From positions 62,001 to 126,000 of IMG/VR virus record IMGVR_UViG_3300027770_000026: 64,000 nt of DNA. One strand, written 5' to 3'. Every line of letters begins with the position of its first letter. Position 1 is the stretch's first letter. A program made the position numbers and the translations under genes. Shown one piece after another: positions 50,091 through 59,299 of this stretch. The notes under the pieces were generated by a model that was given only the letters and a program-made list of their open reading frames with translations, was not told the DNA's origin and made no database searches.

Positions 50091-52091
50091 TTACCACTTC
50101 CTACAAGACCAATAACGAGCTTTGGTTCTTGGTCCCGGAGTTTCGCAGTGATGACGTGCGCGGAAGCTTCTACGGCGGGCAGGATTGCTCTTCTTGATGC
50201 GCATGTTAGGATCGCCAAAGTTTACTTTCTTAATGTTGCCAGTCTTGGGATCCTTCACATAGACCTTAAATTTTTTAACATCGCCCTGCATGGGTTTACC
50301 CAATTGCACCTTGTGTCCGTGATATTCAGCTTCCATGATAGAGGAAGCATCTAGCATGGCCATTGTTGCGTTGTCTGCAGCTAGTAGTACAGTGTCGTGA
50401 TTGGCACGTAGCACTGTGGTTTCGATCAGTGTGTTGCCCATTTCAATAAAGAATACGTCGCCTTCGGATACATCTTCACTCTTGTTATTCTTGTGTTGAA
50501 ACAGATTGAATGCTTGACGAGCTGTTGCTGGCATGCTACCGATGTAGAATTTCATTGCAGGGACTCTGTCATACTGCTTAGTTAATACAGTCTCTGGCTT
50601 ATCCAGGTTTACTGTTGCTGTCATCTCACCGTCGCGTGATTTTATTGTAAGTGTTGCTTTAGTGGCATCAATTTTCTCAAACTTTATGACGAGGAAGGTC
50701 CCAGATATGCCATCGCCAATACCAGAGTGATTCTTTACTTTAACACGAATTGGCTGATCTTTGTAAGCATCATACCATTCCATGTCAGCATTGCTACCAT
50801 GCCATTTAGGATCTGCTGAGTTTCCTGTTCCCTCTTCCATTGGTCCAGCTTGTCCTGCACGACGTTGATTAGCGTCTAGTTTTTCAGACACACGTTGTCC
50901 TAGTTGCTTTTTAATCCATGGTATTACTGTATCGTTAATATACTTTTGTGCAGCAGGATCATCGTTAGGGTCTACCCCAGGCTTTAGTTTAGGCAAGGAT
51001 TTCAATTGTGACAGAATCTTTCCTTTAACTGCTGGATCAGCTTTGCTAAGTGCTATGCTGATAAATTGTTCACCTTCTTGGTGTCTACCTTGCATAAAAT
51101 ACACTATTGCTTTGGCTAGTTTAGCATCGCTAAATCCAGCACCCATAGCACCAAACGCTCCGCCTATCTGATTACCGGTATTTTCTTCTACATCCTGTTC
51201 GTGTATTGGATCACCATATTCAGTCCAACGGTCGTGTTTTGGATCAAAAATGGGTTTGTCGTTAATAGCAGCATCGCGGAACATTTTAGCTATTTCCTTG
51301 CTCATGCCGTACTTGTCTTCAAACTCTTCGTCACTTATGTTGGGATCATGTATGTCGTCGTCAATTTCTGGGTTGTCTAGCTCGGCGTCAAGTCTTGACA
51401 TTTTGCTTTCATGTACTGTAGCTGGCTCTAGGTCTGCTAGATCAACTTCTGATCCAACAGGCTCATGGCCATCATCAATTTCAAAATCTACTAGCGCAGC
51501 ATTGTCGGCTAATAGCTTTACTAGCACGCCATATAGTTCTGGATGACCTTTGACTCTGACTTCATCACCTGGACTAAAACGTGCAGGCATGTTTATTTGT
51601 TTTTCCGTAATATGAGGGCGTGGGCCAGCAGGAGTTGGCTCTGCCTTAGTTGGCTTGACTTCCCATTTGCGCCCAGTTTGTACACTCTTTCGATTGCACA
51701 TTTTTTCTAATCTATCCATCTCACTACGTTGTGCAAGGCTATTGTCTGGGCCTGCACCCTTAAATACTCGCCACGAACGACCGTTAATAAAGACTTGAAA
51801 GTTTGTAGTTACCGCAGTCGAAGCTGAAGGGGTAATAGTATCATTTGGTTCCTGAGAAGTTGATCGCCATGACCATACTTTGCCGCTCTCTGCAGTTTTG
51901 CGTTGGCACATGCCTGCTATACGATTTTCCTCACGCACCTGTTCGGGACTGTCATCCGGACCTTTACCTGGCAATATCTTCCAAGGTTGACCGTCGATAC
52001 GTATTTCAAAATTGTTTACTTCATGTTCTACGCCATGATTGCGGTCGCGGCTGGCCATATTCTCGTTAACTTGTATATCGTGTAGTCTCAT
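50091..52091 (-). CDS. capsid-tagged multi-module polyprotein
   Basis: MRLHDIQVNE; duplicated NF.I.I.G..W...G.GPD.S..Q...C.RK....G..W module; C-terminal basic FG.PNM...RR.SFRARH.C...ARYWSC module. Confidence 0.75.
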   Translation of the reverse strand: MRLHDIQVNENMASRDRNHGVEHEVNNFEIRIDGQPWKILPGKGPDDSPEQVREENRIAGMCQRKTAESGKVWSWRSTSQEPNDTITPSASTAVTTNFQVFINGRSWRVFKGAGPDNSLAQRSEMDRLEKMCNRKSVQTGRKWEVKPTKAEPTPAGPRPHITEKQINMPARFSPGDEVRVKGHPELYGVLVKLLADNAALVDFEIDDGHEPVGSEVDLADLEPATVHESKMSRLDAELDNPEIDDDIHDPNISDEEFEDKYGMSKEIAKMFRDAAINDKPIFDPKHDRWTEYGDPIHEQDVEENTGNQIGGAFGAMGAGFSDAKLAKAIVYFMQGRHQEGEQFISIALSKADPAVKGKILSQLKSLPKLKPGVDPNDDPAAQKYINDTVIPWIKKQLGQRVSEKLDANQRRAGQAGPMEEGTGNSADPKWHGSNADMEWYDAYKDQPIRVKVKNHSGIGDGISGTFLVIKFEKIDATKATLTIKSRDGEMTATVNLDKPETVLTKQYDRVPAMKFYIGSMPATARQAFNLFQHKNNKSEDVSEGDVFFIEMGNTLIETTVLRANHDTVLLAADNATMAMLDASSIMEAEYHGHKVQLGKPMQGDVKKFKVYVKDPKTGNIKKVNFGDPNMRIKKSNPARRRSFRARHHCETPGPRTKARYWSCRKW

Positions 52092-52390
52092 AGCTTTTTA
52101 ATACTCTTAATGAACTCAGTAAGGTCAGTATCACTGACATCACTTGCTTGTTCTTCTATACGACGAAGACTGTTAGTAAATTTACTAGCATCTCGCGCAC
52201 GTACTGCATTTAGTAACTTGCGTTCTAGGTTTTCTGCAGTTTCGCGGTCGTAAGATTCGTGAATGCTATCAAGAAAATTAATAAAACTACTCAGCACGTG
52301 ACTGGCACGGCTATTGATTACTTCCTGGCGACTCTTATTTGGTACCAAGTCATTAATCTCTTCAAGTATGCTGCGAGTTTTACGCTTCAT
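52088..52390 (-). CDS. conserved late phage protein
   Basis: MKRKTRSILEEI...L.R..LNA.R.RD..KF. Confidence 0.75.
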   Translation of the reverse strand: MKRKTRSILEEINDLVPNKSRQEVINSRASHVLSSFINFLDSIHESYDRETAENLERKLLNAVRARDASKFTNSLRRIEEQASDVSDTDLTEFIKSIKKL

Positions 52391-52401
52391 ATATGTTACT
52401 C

Positions 52402-53238
52402 TTAGATGTTATCTAGTTTCTGAGCAAATTCACTTAGAATTTGATCGTCAATACTTTCTTTGACAATTTTAACCTGCTGCGGGCCAAGTTTCTTCATGCC
52501 GCCTGCCTTTTGTGTAGCTTGTCTTGCTTGTGCTGCTTGCCCGCGTTGTGCAATTGTTTGGCGTTCGGGTTTAGGAGCAGCTGGTTGTGGTTCAGGCGCA
52601 GCGGGTGCTGGTTGTGGTTGTGGTTCAGGCGCAGCGGGTGCTGGTTGTGGTTGCGGGGCAGGTGCAGCAGGTGCTGGTTGTGGTTGTGGTTCAGGCGCAG
52701 CGGGTGCTGGTTGTGGTTGCGGGGCAGGTGCAGCAGGTTGTGGTTCAGGTGCTGCTTGCTGAGGTGTAGGTTGTAGTTGTGGTGTAGGTTGTACTTGGGG
52801 AGCAGCGGTTTGTGGCTGGTCCTGTGCAGCTTGCTGATTGCCTCCACTTTGTGGATTTGCTACAGCATCTCTACGAGAAGACTGCTGTAAATATCCAACT
52901 AGTACTTTACCCAGCTGGCGCATGCTTAATTTTGCATCACCGTCAATTCCTGCTTTCTGTATAGCAGTATTCATTATGCCCTGATCAAATCTACCTTGCT
53001 GGATGCTAACTACATTAACGAGATCATTGGCGCTTACGGCCCGTTCGCCCGATTGCCCCATCCATTTCTTTACCTGCTTGTATAGATTGTTAGCTTCGTG
53101 CGCTACATCTAGCTTACCTAAGGCTTTCTGACTGCCAAGTGTTGCGCCTAGCTTATATAAGCCTCGCTTCCATAGCGGCACTGCACCTATCTCATCGAGA
53201 AATTCTTGTTCTTTAACAGCAAATTCAGAAATCTTCAT
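52402..53238 (-). CDS. capsid-tagged protein with Pro/Gln/Ala linker
   Basis: MKISEF...LDE; PQPAPAAPE repeats; late promoter and GGAG. Confidence 0.75.
   Translation of the reverse strand: MKISEFAVKEQEFLDEIGAVPLWKRGLYKLGATLGSQKALGKLDVAHEANNLYKQVKKWMGQSGERAVSANDLVNVVSIQQGRFDQGIMNTAIQKAGIDGDAKLSMRQLGKVLVGYLQQSSRRDAVANPQSGGNQQAAQDQPQTAAPQVQPTPQLQPTPQQAAPEPQPAAPAPQPQPAPAAPEPQPQPAPAAPAPQPQPAPAAPEPQPQPAPAAPEPQPAAPKPERQTIAQRGQAAQARQATQKAGGMKKLGPQQVKIVKESIDDQILSEFAQKLDNI
52604..52735. repeat. perfect 2 x 66-bp tandem duplication within the PQPA linker
   Basis: 52604-52669 is identical to 52670-52735. Confidence 0.9.
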
Positions 53239-53282
53239 TAGATTAACTCCAGCATTGCTTTATTTAGCAAGGCTGCAATCAA

Positions 53283-54713
53283 TTATTGATTCAAATTGCC
53301 CAGCATCTGTTTGAGACGACTGCTACTGGTGTTTGCTGTAATCTTCCCAACGGGTTCGTCCCATGCTGCACTAGGTGAATCTGACCCAGTATTAAATGTT
53401 GTACCTGGATCTGCAGCAATTGTACTACGTGTTTTAATGTTCTGATATAATGCTGTAGATGCGGGTTGATTGTTACTGTTAGTGCTGTTCTTAATACGCA
53501 GTGTTTCTGTGTCAAACTCAAGTTCAACCTTGCGTCCTACCCCGTTACTGCTGCGTGTTTTCATAAACTGTACCTGATACAGCCCACGCTCACGCATGGC
53601 TCTACTGGTAAAGATACCAATCACGTTGTCTGCAGTGTTGATCTTACTCATACCACCTGCAATATGACTGTGGTCAAACTCCACTTCCTCAACTGCTGCA
53701 CGGTTAAGCTGACTGCCAGTAATGCAAATAGCGTTCAGTTCTTTGGCCAAGTTGCGCATCTCTTCACTTACGTACTTGTCCTTCACGAACAAGTTACCTG
53801 GGTCTATAGTCTTGCTATTGGGACTGCACAAGTCCAGATAGTCAATAGCAACAAAGTCTGGTTTGTGCCCTGTGCGTGTGGTGTATTCTTTGATGTAACT
53901 GCGGAAGTCGTTACAACTGCTGCCTGATGGCATGTACTTGATCTGAAGTGCTCCTGACCGCTTGCCCGCCATACGCACCTTAAGCTCAACGTCGTCGATA
54001 CGTTTAAATACATCGCGCGAACTGACTTCTGCAACCATACTGTCCAGTCGCATGCTGCACAGTGCTTCGCTAAGTTCCAGTGTAAAGTAAATGCCGTTTA
54101 ATCCTGCTAGTACCCAGTTGAGACTGAGGTTCTGCATAAGCAAGCTCTTGCCTGAACCTGAGCCACCTGCCCAAATAGTAAGCTCGCCGCGATTTAGTCC
54201 ACCATACAGTGCATGGTCAATATCGGTCCAACCGCTGCTGATCTGTCCGTTACCGTCTCGCAATCCAGTCAGTCGAGCGCGGGGGTCTTCAAAGTAATTG
54301 GTACCAATATCCTTGGTAAGCCCAATCTGTACTGCGGCTTTGATCTTGTTTTCTACATCGCCATAGTGTCCCTTTTCCAACATATCTGCACTGGCAATGA
54401 TTGCTCGCTCTAATGCCTTATGCCTTGCAAAGGTTTCAAACTCATCCATCAACCAGTCAAGGTGAGCGGGAGTAATACCCTCAATTCGATCAAACTTTTG
54501 ATTAGTAGTAGCCTGTATCTGTTCTAGTGTGGGCAGTACCTTGTATTCGCTAACGTGGGTGTTAATGAATTCTGCAGTGGGTCGCAGATTACGATCAAAG
54601 CTTTCTGGATCAAAGATACTTTGTACACGCACAAAGGTTTCGGCATCATGCAACAGCATCTGCAGATACAGTTTTTGGATATCTATATCGTAGTTTTTAA
54701 TTTGTTCTTTCAT
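53283..54713 (-). CDS. replicative DnaB/gp41-type helicase
   Basis: GGSGSGKS, TLELSE, IDYLDL, SQLNR, KTRSS. Confidence 0.93.
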   Translation of the reverse strand: MKEQIKNYDIDIQKLYLQMLLHDAETFVRVQSIFDPESFDRNLRPTAEFINTHVSEYKVLPTLEQIQATTNQKFDRIEGITPAHLDWLMDEFETFARHKALERAIIASADMLEKGHYGDVENKIKAAVQIGLTKDIGTNYFEDPRARLTGLRDGNGQISSGWTDIDHALYGGLNRGELTIWAGGSGSGKSLLMQNLSLNWVLAGLNGIYFTLELSEALCSMRLDSMVAEVSSRDVFKRIDDVELKVRMAGKRSGALQIKYMPSGSSCNDFRSYIKEYTTRTGHKPDFVAIDYLDLCSPNSKTIDPGNLFVKDKYVSEEMRNLAKELNAICITGSQLNRAAVEEVEFDHSHIAGGMSKINTADNVIGIFTSRAMRERGLYQVQFMKTRSSNGVGRKVELEFDTETLRIKNSTNSNNQPASTALYQNIKTRSTIAADPGTTFNTGSDSPSAAWDEPVGKITANTSSSRLKQMLGNLNQ

Positions 54714-55695
54714 GCTTGAGCTTGTGCCTTAATTGTTTGATTCGCAAAGTAGCGGATACTTTATTGCGAGTTGCTGATGTAATTATGCTTAGTAAAGTGG
54801 CTTCCCGACCATATCGGACTACGGCATCATTAATATCTTTGCAGTCTTGCCAGTGCGGGATACTAATAGCCCATCCCCATCCCCATGCTAACACTCGCTC
54901 GGCTACCCTAAGCCCAGTTTCGTCTTGGTCGGCTACCCATATAATCTGTTTACCTGATCGTTCAATATGTTCTCGCTGTTTATTAGACATTGAACTACCT
55001 AGTACAGCAACACCACCTATTATATCAGCATCGAGTACACCTTCACACACAATCATCACTGTCCAGTCTGGGTGCTGATGATCTAGCCCATATACATATC
55101 CGTTAGGCACATAACTAAGATACTTTGGTTTTGTTTTTCCTATACTTCTCGCAGTCCATCCTACGTTTTTATTATGCCATGTAAACGGAATAATCCAGCG
55201 ATTGGGCATGTCCGGCGACCAGTAATACTTGCCGAGATCCAGTTGTCTTGCTAGTATGCGATTGCATACTTCGACGAGTTGTTGATTATCAGCATGTTCA
55301 ACTAGTGCTTGTGCGATAGGAATTGCTTGCTCGGGCAAATCGTGAAGGGGAAATGCTGCTGCTACGGTGTCTCGCGTGTTTAAAAGAGGTATGTCCTCTT
55401 TTAGTCTCAATGCTATCATTGACAGTTGAGACAACTGGTCATCACTTGCACCAAGTTTATGTATGAAGTCTCTATTCTTAACTGACAGTAATCGACCGGG
55501 CATCCAACCAGTTTTAAACTGGCAATTAAAACAATGCCAATTCCAAGATCCGTCAACATCTGATCGCAGACCGCCTCGCCCTCTGCGGTCATCGCAGCAC
55601 ACAGCGTTACCACTAATCCAACCTGTTGGACTAAGTTTGGTTTTCCTACCCTGTCTCCAAAGATCAACTACAGTTTGTGTTAAGGCATTAGTCAT
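54697..55695 (-). CDS. DNA primase (Zn finger plus TOPRIM)
   Basis: CC...HCFNC, KPKYL, CEGVLDA, D.DETG, KDINDAV. Confidence 0.9.
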   Translation of the reverse strand: MTNALTQTVVDLWRQGRKTKLSPTGWISGNAVCCDDRRGRGGLRSDVDGSWNWHCFNCQFKTGWMPGRLLSVKNRDFIHKLGASDDQLSQLSMIALRLKEDIPLLNTRDTVAAAFPLHDLPEQAIPIAQALVEHADNQQLVEVCNRILARQLDLGKYYWSPDMPNRWIIPFTWHNKNVGWTARSIGKTKPKYLSYVPNGYVYGLDHQHPDWTVMIVCEGVLDADIIGGVAVLGSSMSNKQREHIERSGKQIIWVADQDETGLRVAERVLAWGWGWAISIPHWQDCKDINDAVVRYGREATLLSIITSATRNKVSATLRIKQLRHKLKHERTN

Positions 55696-55735
55696 ACATG
55701 TATTGTATACTTAAATGCTGGTCAAAATCAAGTTT

Positions 55736-56440
55736 TTAAAACAATCTATAGTATAAAGTTTGGATAGTGCCGCTGCTATAAATGGACGGTGTAAAACGGA
55801 AACGAAGGCGTTCATAGATACCATAAAAATTGTTGTAACTGTTTGTTGTTCCCGCAGTGAGCGTTATGGTATATGCTGTTGCCCATGTTGCGTTGGTCAT
55901 GTTGTTTGATACTTCAACAGTTAGTTTACCGTCTGCTCCTGCATCTTTGAATACTGCAATGGTATGCATGGGACTGAGTTGGCTACCTGTTAGCGCATCT
56001 AATGTGACTACGCCACTTAGTATGTCATTGGTAACATTGGTAGTGTTTGCGTCCAATGTCCATGTGTCCAATACTGCAGATACTAGTGCGTCATCTGCGT
56101 AGCTCCAATCTGATATCTCAAGTGAACCTTCGGTTGCACCGTTTTGTTCTAGGTATAGTGGACGCTCTAGTCCTTCACCGTCATCAATACTTAAACCCCA
56201 TTTGTATAATGCAGGTTCAAGATCCGCAATCTCGTGACGACTAATGTCTAACGCTAGTCTGTTAGTGAAGCCTTCTCGAAAGTTGAGCTCTTTACTGAGT
56301 ACAGGAATTTCATTGAAGTCCACTGCACGGAATCGTATCACATATGTTCTAACTGGTATAGGCTGTTGATCAAAGTCCTGCACTTGTATATCAAATACGT
56401 TGTCTACACCTTTGAATAGTTTTATAGGTTTATTCCACAT
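55736..56440 (-). CDS. Ig-like/BppU-like virion domain, paralog 3, with C-terminal extension
   Basis: KPIKLFKGVDN...WGLSI...RPLYL..NG..EGSL. Confidence 0.6.
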   Translation of the reverse strand: MWNKPIKLFKGVDNVFDIQVQDFDQQPIPVRTYVIRFRAVDFNEIPVLSKELNFREGFTNRLALDISRHEIADLEPALYKWGLSIDDGEGLERPLYLEQNGATEGSLEISDWSYADDALVSAVLDTWTLDANTTNVTNDILSGVVTLDALTGSQLSPMHTIAVFKDAGADGKLTVEVSNNMTNATWATAYTITLTAGTTNSYNNFYGIYERLRFRFTPSIYSSGTIQTLYYRLF

Positions 56441-56451
56441 GCTTGTTCACC

Positions 56452-56796
56452 TTATGAGATTGGACTATTTTCAACTTGAAGTGTACCTTCGATGTCGCCG
56501 TTTAATGCTAGGAATAAAGGACGAGTTTTGTTGTCCTCATCTACTACGGTAATGCCCCAAACATATGACCCTAGGTCGATACTGTCTAGATCGGCAACTA
56601 GTAAATCTACTGCTAGCTTATCTGTACACCCTTCAACGAAACCTAGTGCTTTGTCTATAATTATGTTAGCTTCTCGATCTCTAACTTTAAAATGAAAAGA
56701 GTATTCGCTAACAGACAAGGATTGTTGTTCTTGGTCTTTTACTGCAACGTCGATGAAATTATCCACGCCCTTAAACACTTTTATACTTCTAGACAT
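56452..56796 (-). CDS. Ig-like/BppU-like virion domain, paralog 2
   Basis: IKVFKGVDNFID...WGITV...RPLFL.LNG.IEG. Confidence 0.6.
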   Translation of the reverse strand: MSRSIKVFKGVDNFIDVAVKDQEQQSLSVSEYSFHFKVRDREANIIIDKALGFVEGCTDKLAVDLLVADLDSIDLGSYVWGITVVDEDNKTRPLFLALNGDIEGTLQVENSPIS

Positions 56797-56799
56797 GGG

Positions 56800-57231
56800 T
56801 TACACCGCGCCAAAGAACCATCTTGCAACCTGTATTGAACCCTCTGCGTTACCGTTAAGTTCTAGGTACAGAGGACGTTTTAACCCATTTTCATCTGTGA
56901 GACTTATGCCCCAAGTATACATTCCAATGTTTACATCTGCTAGATCTGCTTCTAGAATATTAAGTGCTAGGCGATTGGTAAATCCAGTTTTGATAGCAAT
57001 ATCTTTATCTAATAAGAGAGTCTGCTCTCTGTCTCGCACACGGAAGTTGAAAGTGTAAAGGTTAACAGTAGTTGGCTGTAAATCAAAGTCATTGACTACA
57101 ATATCAATGAAATTGTCTGCACCCTTGTACACTCGCAGTGGCTTGTTCCACATAACTGTGTTACGCACAGTATTTGGTTTGTTAAACCTTGCCATCACTT
57201 CTGGGTTGAATAAATAAGCTGTAATTTGCAT
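56800..57231 (-). CDS. Ig-like/BppU-like virion domain, paralog 1
   Basis: TATAAATA 5 nt before ATG; KPLRVYKGADNFID...WGISL...RPLYL.LNG..EG. Confidence 0.6.
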   Translation of the reverse strand: MQITAYLFNPEVMARFNKPNTVRNTVMWNKPLRVYKGADNFIDIVVNDFDLQPTTVNLYTFNFRVRDREQTLLLDKDIAIKTGFTNRLALNILEADLADVNIGMYTWGISLTDENGLKRPLYLELNGNAEGSIQVARWFFGAV

Positions 57232-57247
57232 AAGAGTATTTATACCC

Positions 57248-57625
57248 GTGACAACACCTAAACTACCAGAACTATTAAAAAAGTTTCCCTTTCTAGCAGT
57301 AGTCAGCTACTGTGGAGAAGAATATGTGGGAATAATACAAAACAGTGACGGTAATTTTATAAACTTTTATGATTTCCAAGCAATAGAGTCAGACGATCTA
57401 AAAACATACTTCCTCAGAATGGGAGAACAATGGTGGTGGGAAAGTAATAGAATAATCCCCATCAACTTGTTCTTAAAGGACGATTTCCACCCATTCAGAC
57501 CCTGTCTTAAAACGTTCAGCACCAAAGAAATCAAAATTATTGCGGGACATATGGTTAGTTTACACGATTTCTTTAAGAAGCGTATCAAACGACGCAGTGT
57601 TCAACTAGTCAAGCGGGTTAAGTAA
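57248..57625 (+). CDS. conserved phage protein
   Basis: FPFL...EYVGIIQN...WWWESNR.IPINLFL; basic tail. Confidence 0.75.
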   Translation: MTTPKLPELLKKFPFLAVVSYCGEEYVGIIQNSDGNFINFYDFQAIESDDLKTYFLRMGEQWWWESNRIIPINLFLKDDFHPFRPCLKTFSTKEIKIIAGHMVSLHDFFKKRIKRRSVQLVKRVK

Positions 57626-58186
57626 CTGCTCGCATAGGAGGTTCATATGGACTGCCGCAAGATGAGCGTAAGCAATGCTGTGCGATTGTTTGAATCCAAA
57701 CTTGCCATCATTGGACTTCAACCAAACAGTCTTTTCAACTTCTGCCCAGAGCTGTCCTGTCAGGTGTCGCTTTGCGGGGCGGAGTATAGCCAAGAACATA
57801 GCAAGGTGTTTGATGCTAGTGATGGGCTCGGGCATAGCACGGATTGAATCATAGTGCCCATGGATGTGGATCACTTGGTCTACAAATTCACAATTCTCCA
57901 ATAGTTCCCACAAGGGTTCTTGATTCATCAATTGAATCAAATGTTCTTCATCCCGCACCTGCTGATAAACGTGTACGTTAAGTAAGTCTATCTTAAAGAA
58001 GCCCAACTCCTCTGCTGTATGATAATCTACTGCAGACAATCTAGTTAATGGATCAGTGGGAATGTATTGAAAATATACCCCAGTAGGGTGCTTACCCGCT
58101 ATTCCATCTTTGATACTACTAGCCGGAACGTGTCGTACCAGTTCCATTAACTGTGTTCGATCACCTAGATCGATATCAACGTCCAT
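57605..58186 (-). CDS. minimal C-family (DnaE/Pol III alpha-like) polymerase catalytic core
   Basis: DVDID, KHPTGV, KIDLL, AILRP, FKQSHSIAY. Confidence 0.85.
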   Translation of the reverse strand: MDVDIDLGDRTQLMELVRHVPASSIKDGIAGKHPTGVYFQYIPTDPLTRLSAVDYHTAEELGFFKIDLLNVHVYQQVRDEEHLIQLMNQEPLWELLENCEFVDQVIHIHGHYDSIRAMPEPITSIKHLAMFLAILRPAKRHLTGQLWAEVEKTVWLKSNDGKFGFKQSHSIAYAHLAAVHMNLLCEQLLNPLD

Positions 58187-58890
58187 TAGTTAATGCCTAC
58201 CTGTTCACATATGCTGCAAACAAACTCTATCTGATCTGTTTCTTCTTTGATCTTATTATACCACACAGTTGGATCAATATAACGGATAATCAGATGCACC
58301 TGATCGTCGTTGAACCTTGATAGCAGTTCTTGTCCAGTCTTAGTGCCGTACAACAGCCAAGGACTAACCCTACCGCTGATAATATCATGCACAATCTTGT
58401 TAGTATTTGCATGATATAGATATTGATCCAATGTTAATTTATTCTGTTCAGCCCATTCCTGCATATGATGGAATGTTCGTTCGATACCATTCTCTGCTGA
58501 TTCGTTTGCTAGCAGTTGTGTGAGATAGCGTTCGTATGTGGTGTCGCGGGACCAATACTCTAACTTGATATTATTCTTAATTACCCAATCTACAAACAAC
58601 ATGGGATTGACCACATCCATACTGCGAATGTATTTGGCAAACTTAGTAAAGCCGTTGTAGTATGGACTGTCGGCAAACTGCTCCCATGTTTTACTCTTGC
58701 GTTGAGTCTGTTGATAGAACTTGTCGTATACAGTAAATGCTAATTTACCATCGGCAGTTTGTCCTTCTTGATGGCGTAACTTCTGCCTGCAAGTATGCGA
58801 TAGTAATGTACGTTCACGTTTGAATTCACGCTTGCAAAACTCGCAAGCAAAGTCATTCAAAGTCTGACTCAAATTCTCTGTATTCATCAT
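58186..58890 (-). CDS. replication-cluster protein with N-terminal Zn finger
   Basis: CEFC..EF.RERTL..H.C; GRVSPW. Confidence 0.7.
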   Translation of the reverse strand: MMNTENLSQTLNDFACEFCKREFKRERTLLSHTCRQKLRHQEGQTADGKLAFTVYDKFYQQTQRKSKTWEQFADSPYYNGFTKFAKYIRSMDVVNPMLFVDWVIKNNIKLEYWSRDTTYERYLTQLLANESAENGIERTFHHMQEWAEQNKLTLDQYLYHANTNKIVHDIISGRVSPWLLYGTKTGQELLSRFNDDQVHLIIRYIDPTVWYNKIKEETDQIEFVCSICEQVGIN

Positions 58891-59299
58891 TTATTACCTC
58901 TAGCTCCTGATCAGAAACTGTTTCTGACAGTAGTTCTAAGTCTGCTTGTTTGGCTGCGGGATACAATCGTAGTAGTGCATCTAGCTTCTTGTTTTTCTTT
59001 TTAAACTCGCGCCCAAGATACTCATGTTTAATACGTTGTGTACTGCCCACTTGGGAATACATCAACCACATAAACTTGGGATACCTAGCCAGTGTAAAGT
59101 AGTTGATATTAACCATGCGGTTGGTTTCCTCCACGTACCAGGATTCCAGCACAGGATTACTATTAACTGTGCTAACCCAACGTAGCATGATGTAAGGGCT
59201 AAATGCCTTACGCTCATCGTCGGTTAGGTTATCGTAGAACGTTTTATCTCTGCGGTCTACTGCAGCCAATATACGGAATATATCTAACTTAGCAGCCAT
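58853..59299 (-). CDS. clamp-loader small subunit-like (gp62-like) protein
   Basis: FSPYIMLRWVS...N..VN pattern and location. Confidence 0.5.
   Translation of the reverse strand: MAAKLDIFRILAAVDRRDKTFYDNLTDDERKAFSPYIMLRWVSTVNSNPVLESWYVEETNRMVNINYFTLARYPKFMWLMYSQVGSTQRIKHEYLGREFKKKNKKLDALLRLYPAAKQADLELLSETVSDQELEVINDEYREFESDFE

Noticed and set aside
52441-52847. Cys/Gly-rich, Trp-rich and His/Asn-rich ORFs
   Set aside because: Alternative frames of the PQPA linker repeat
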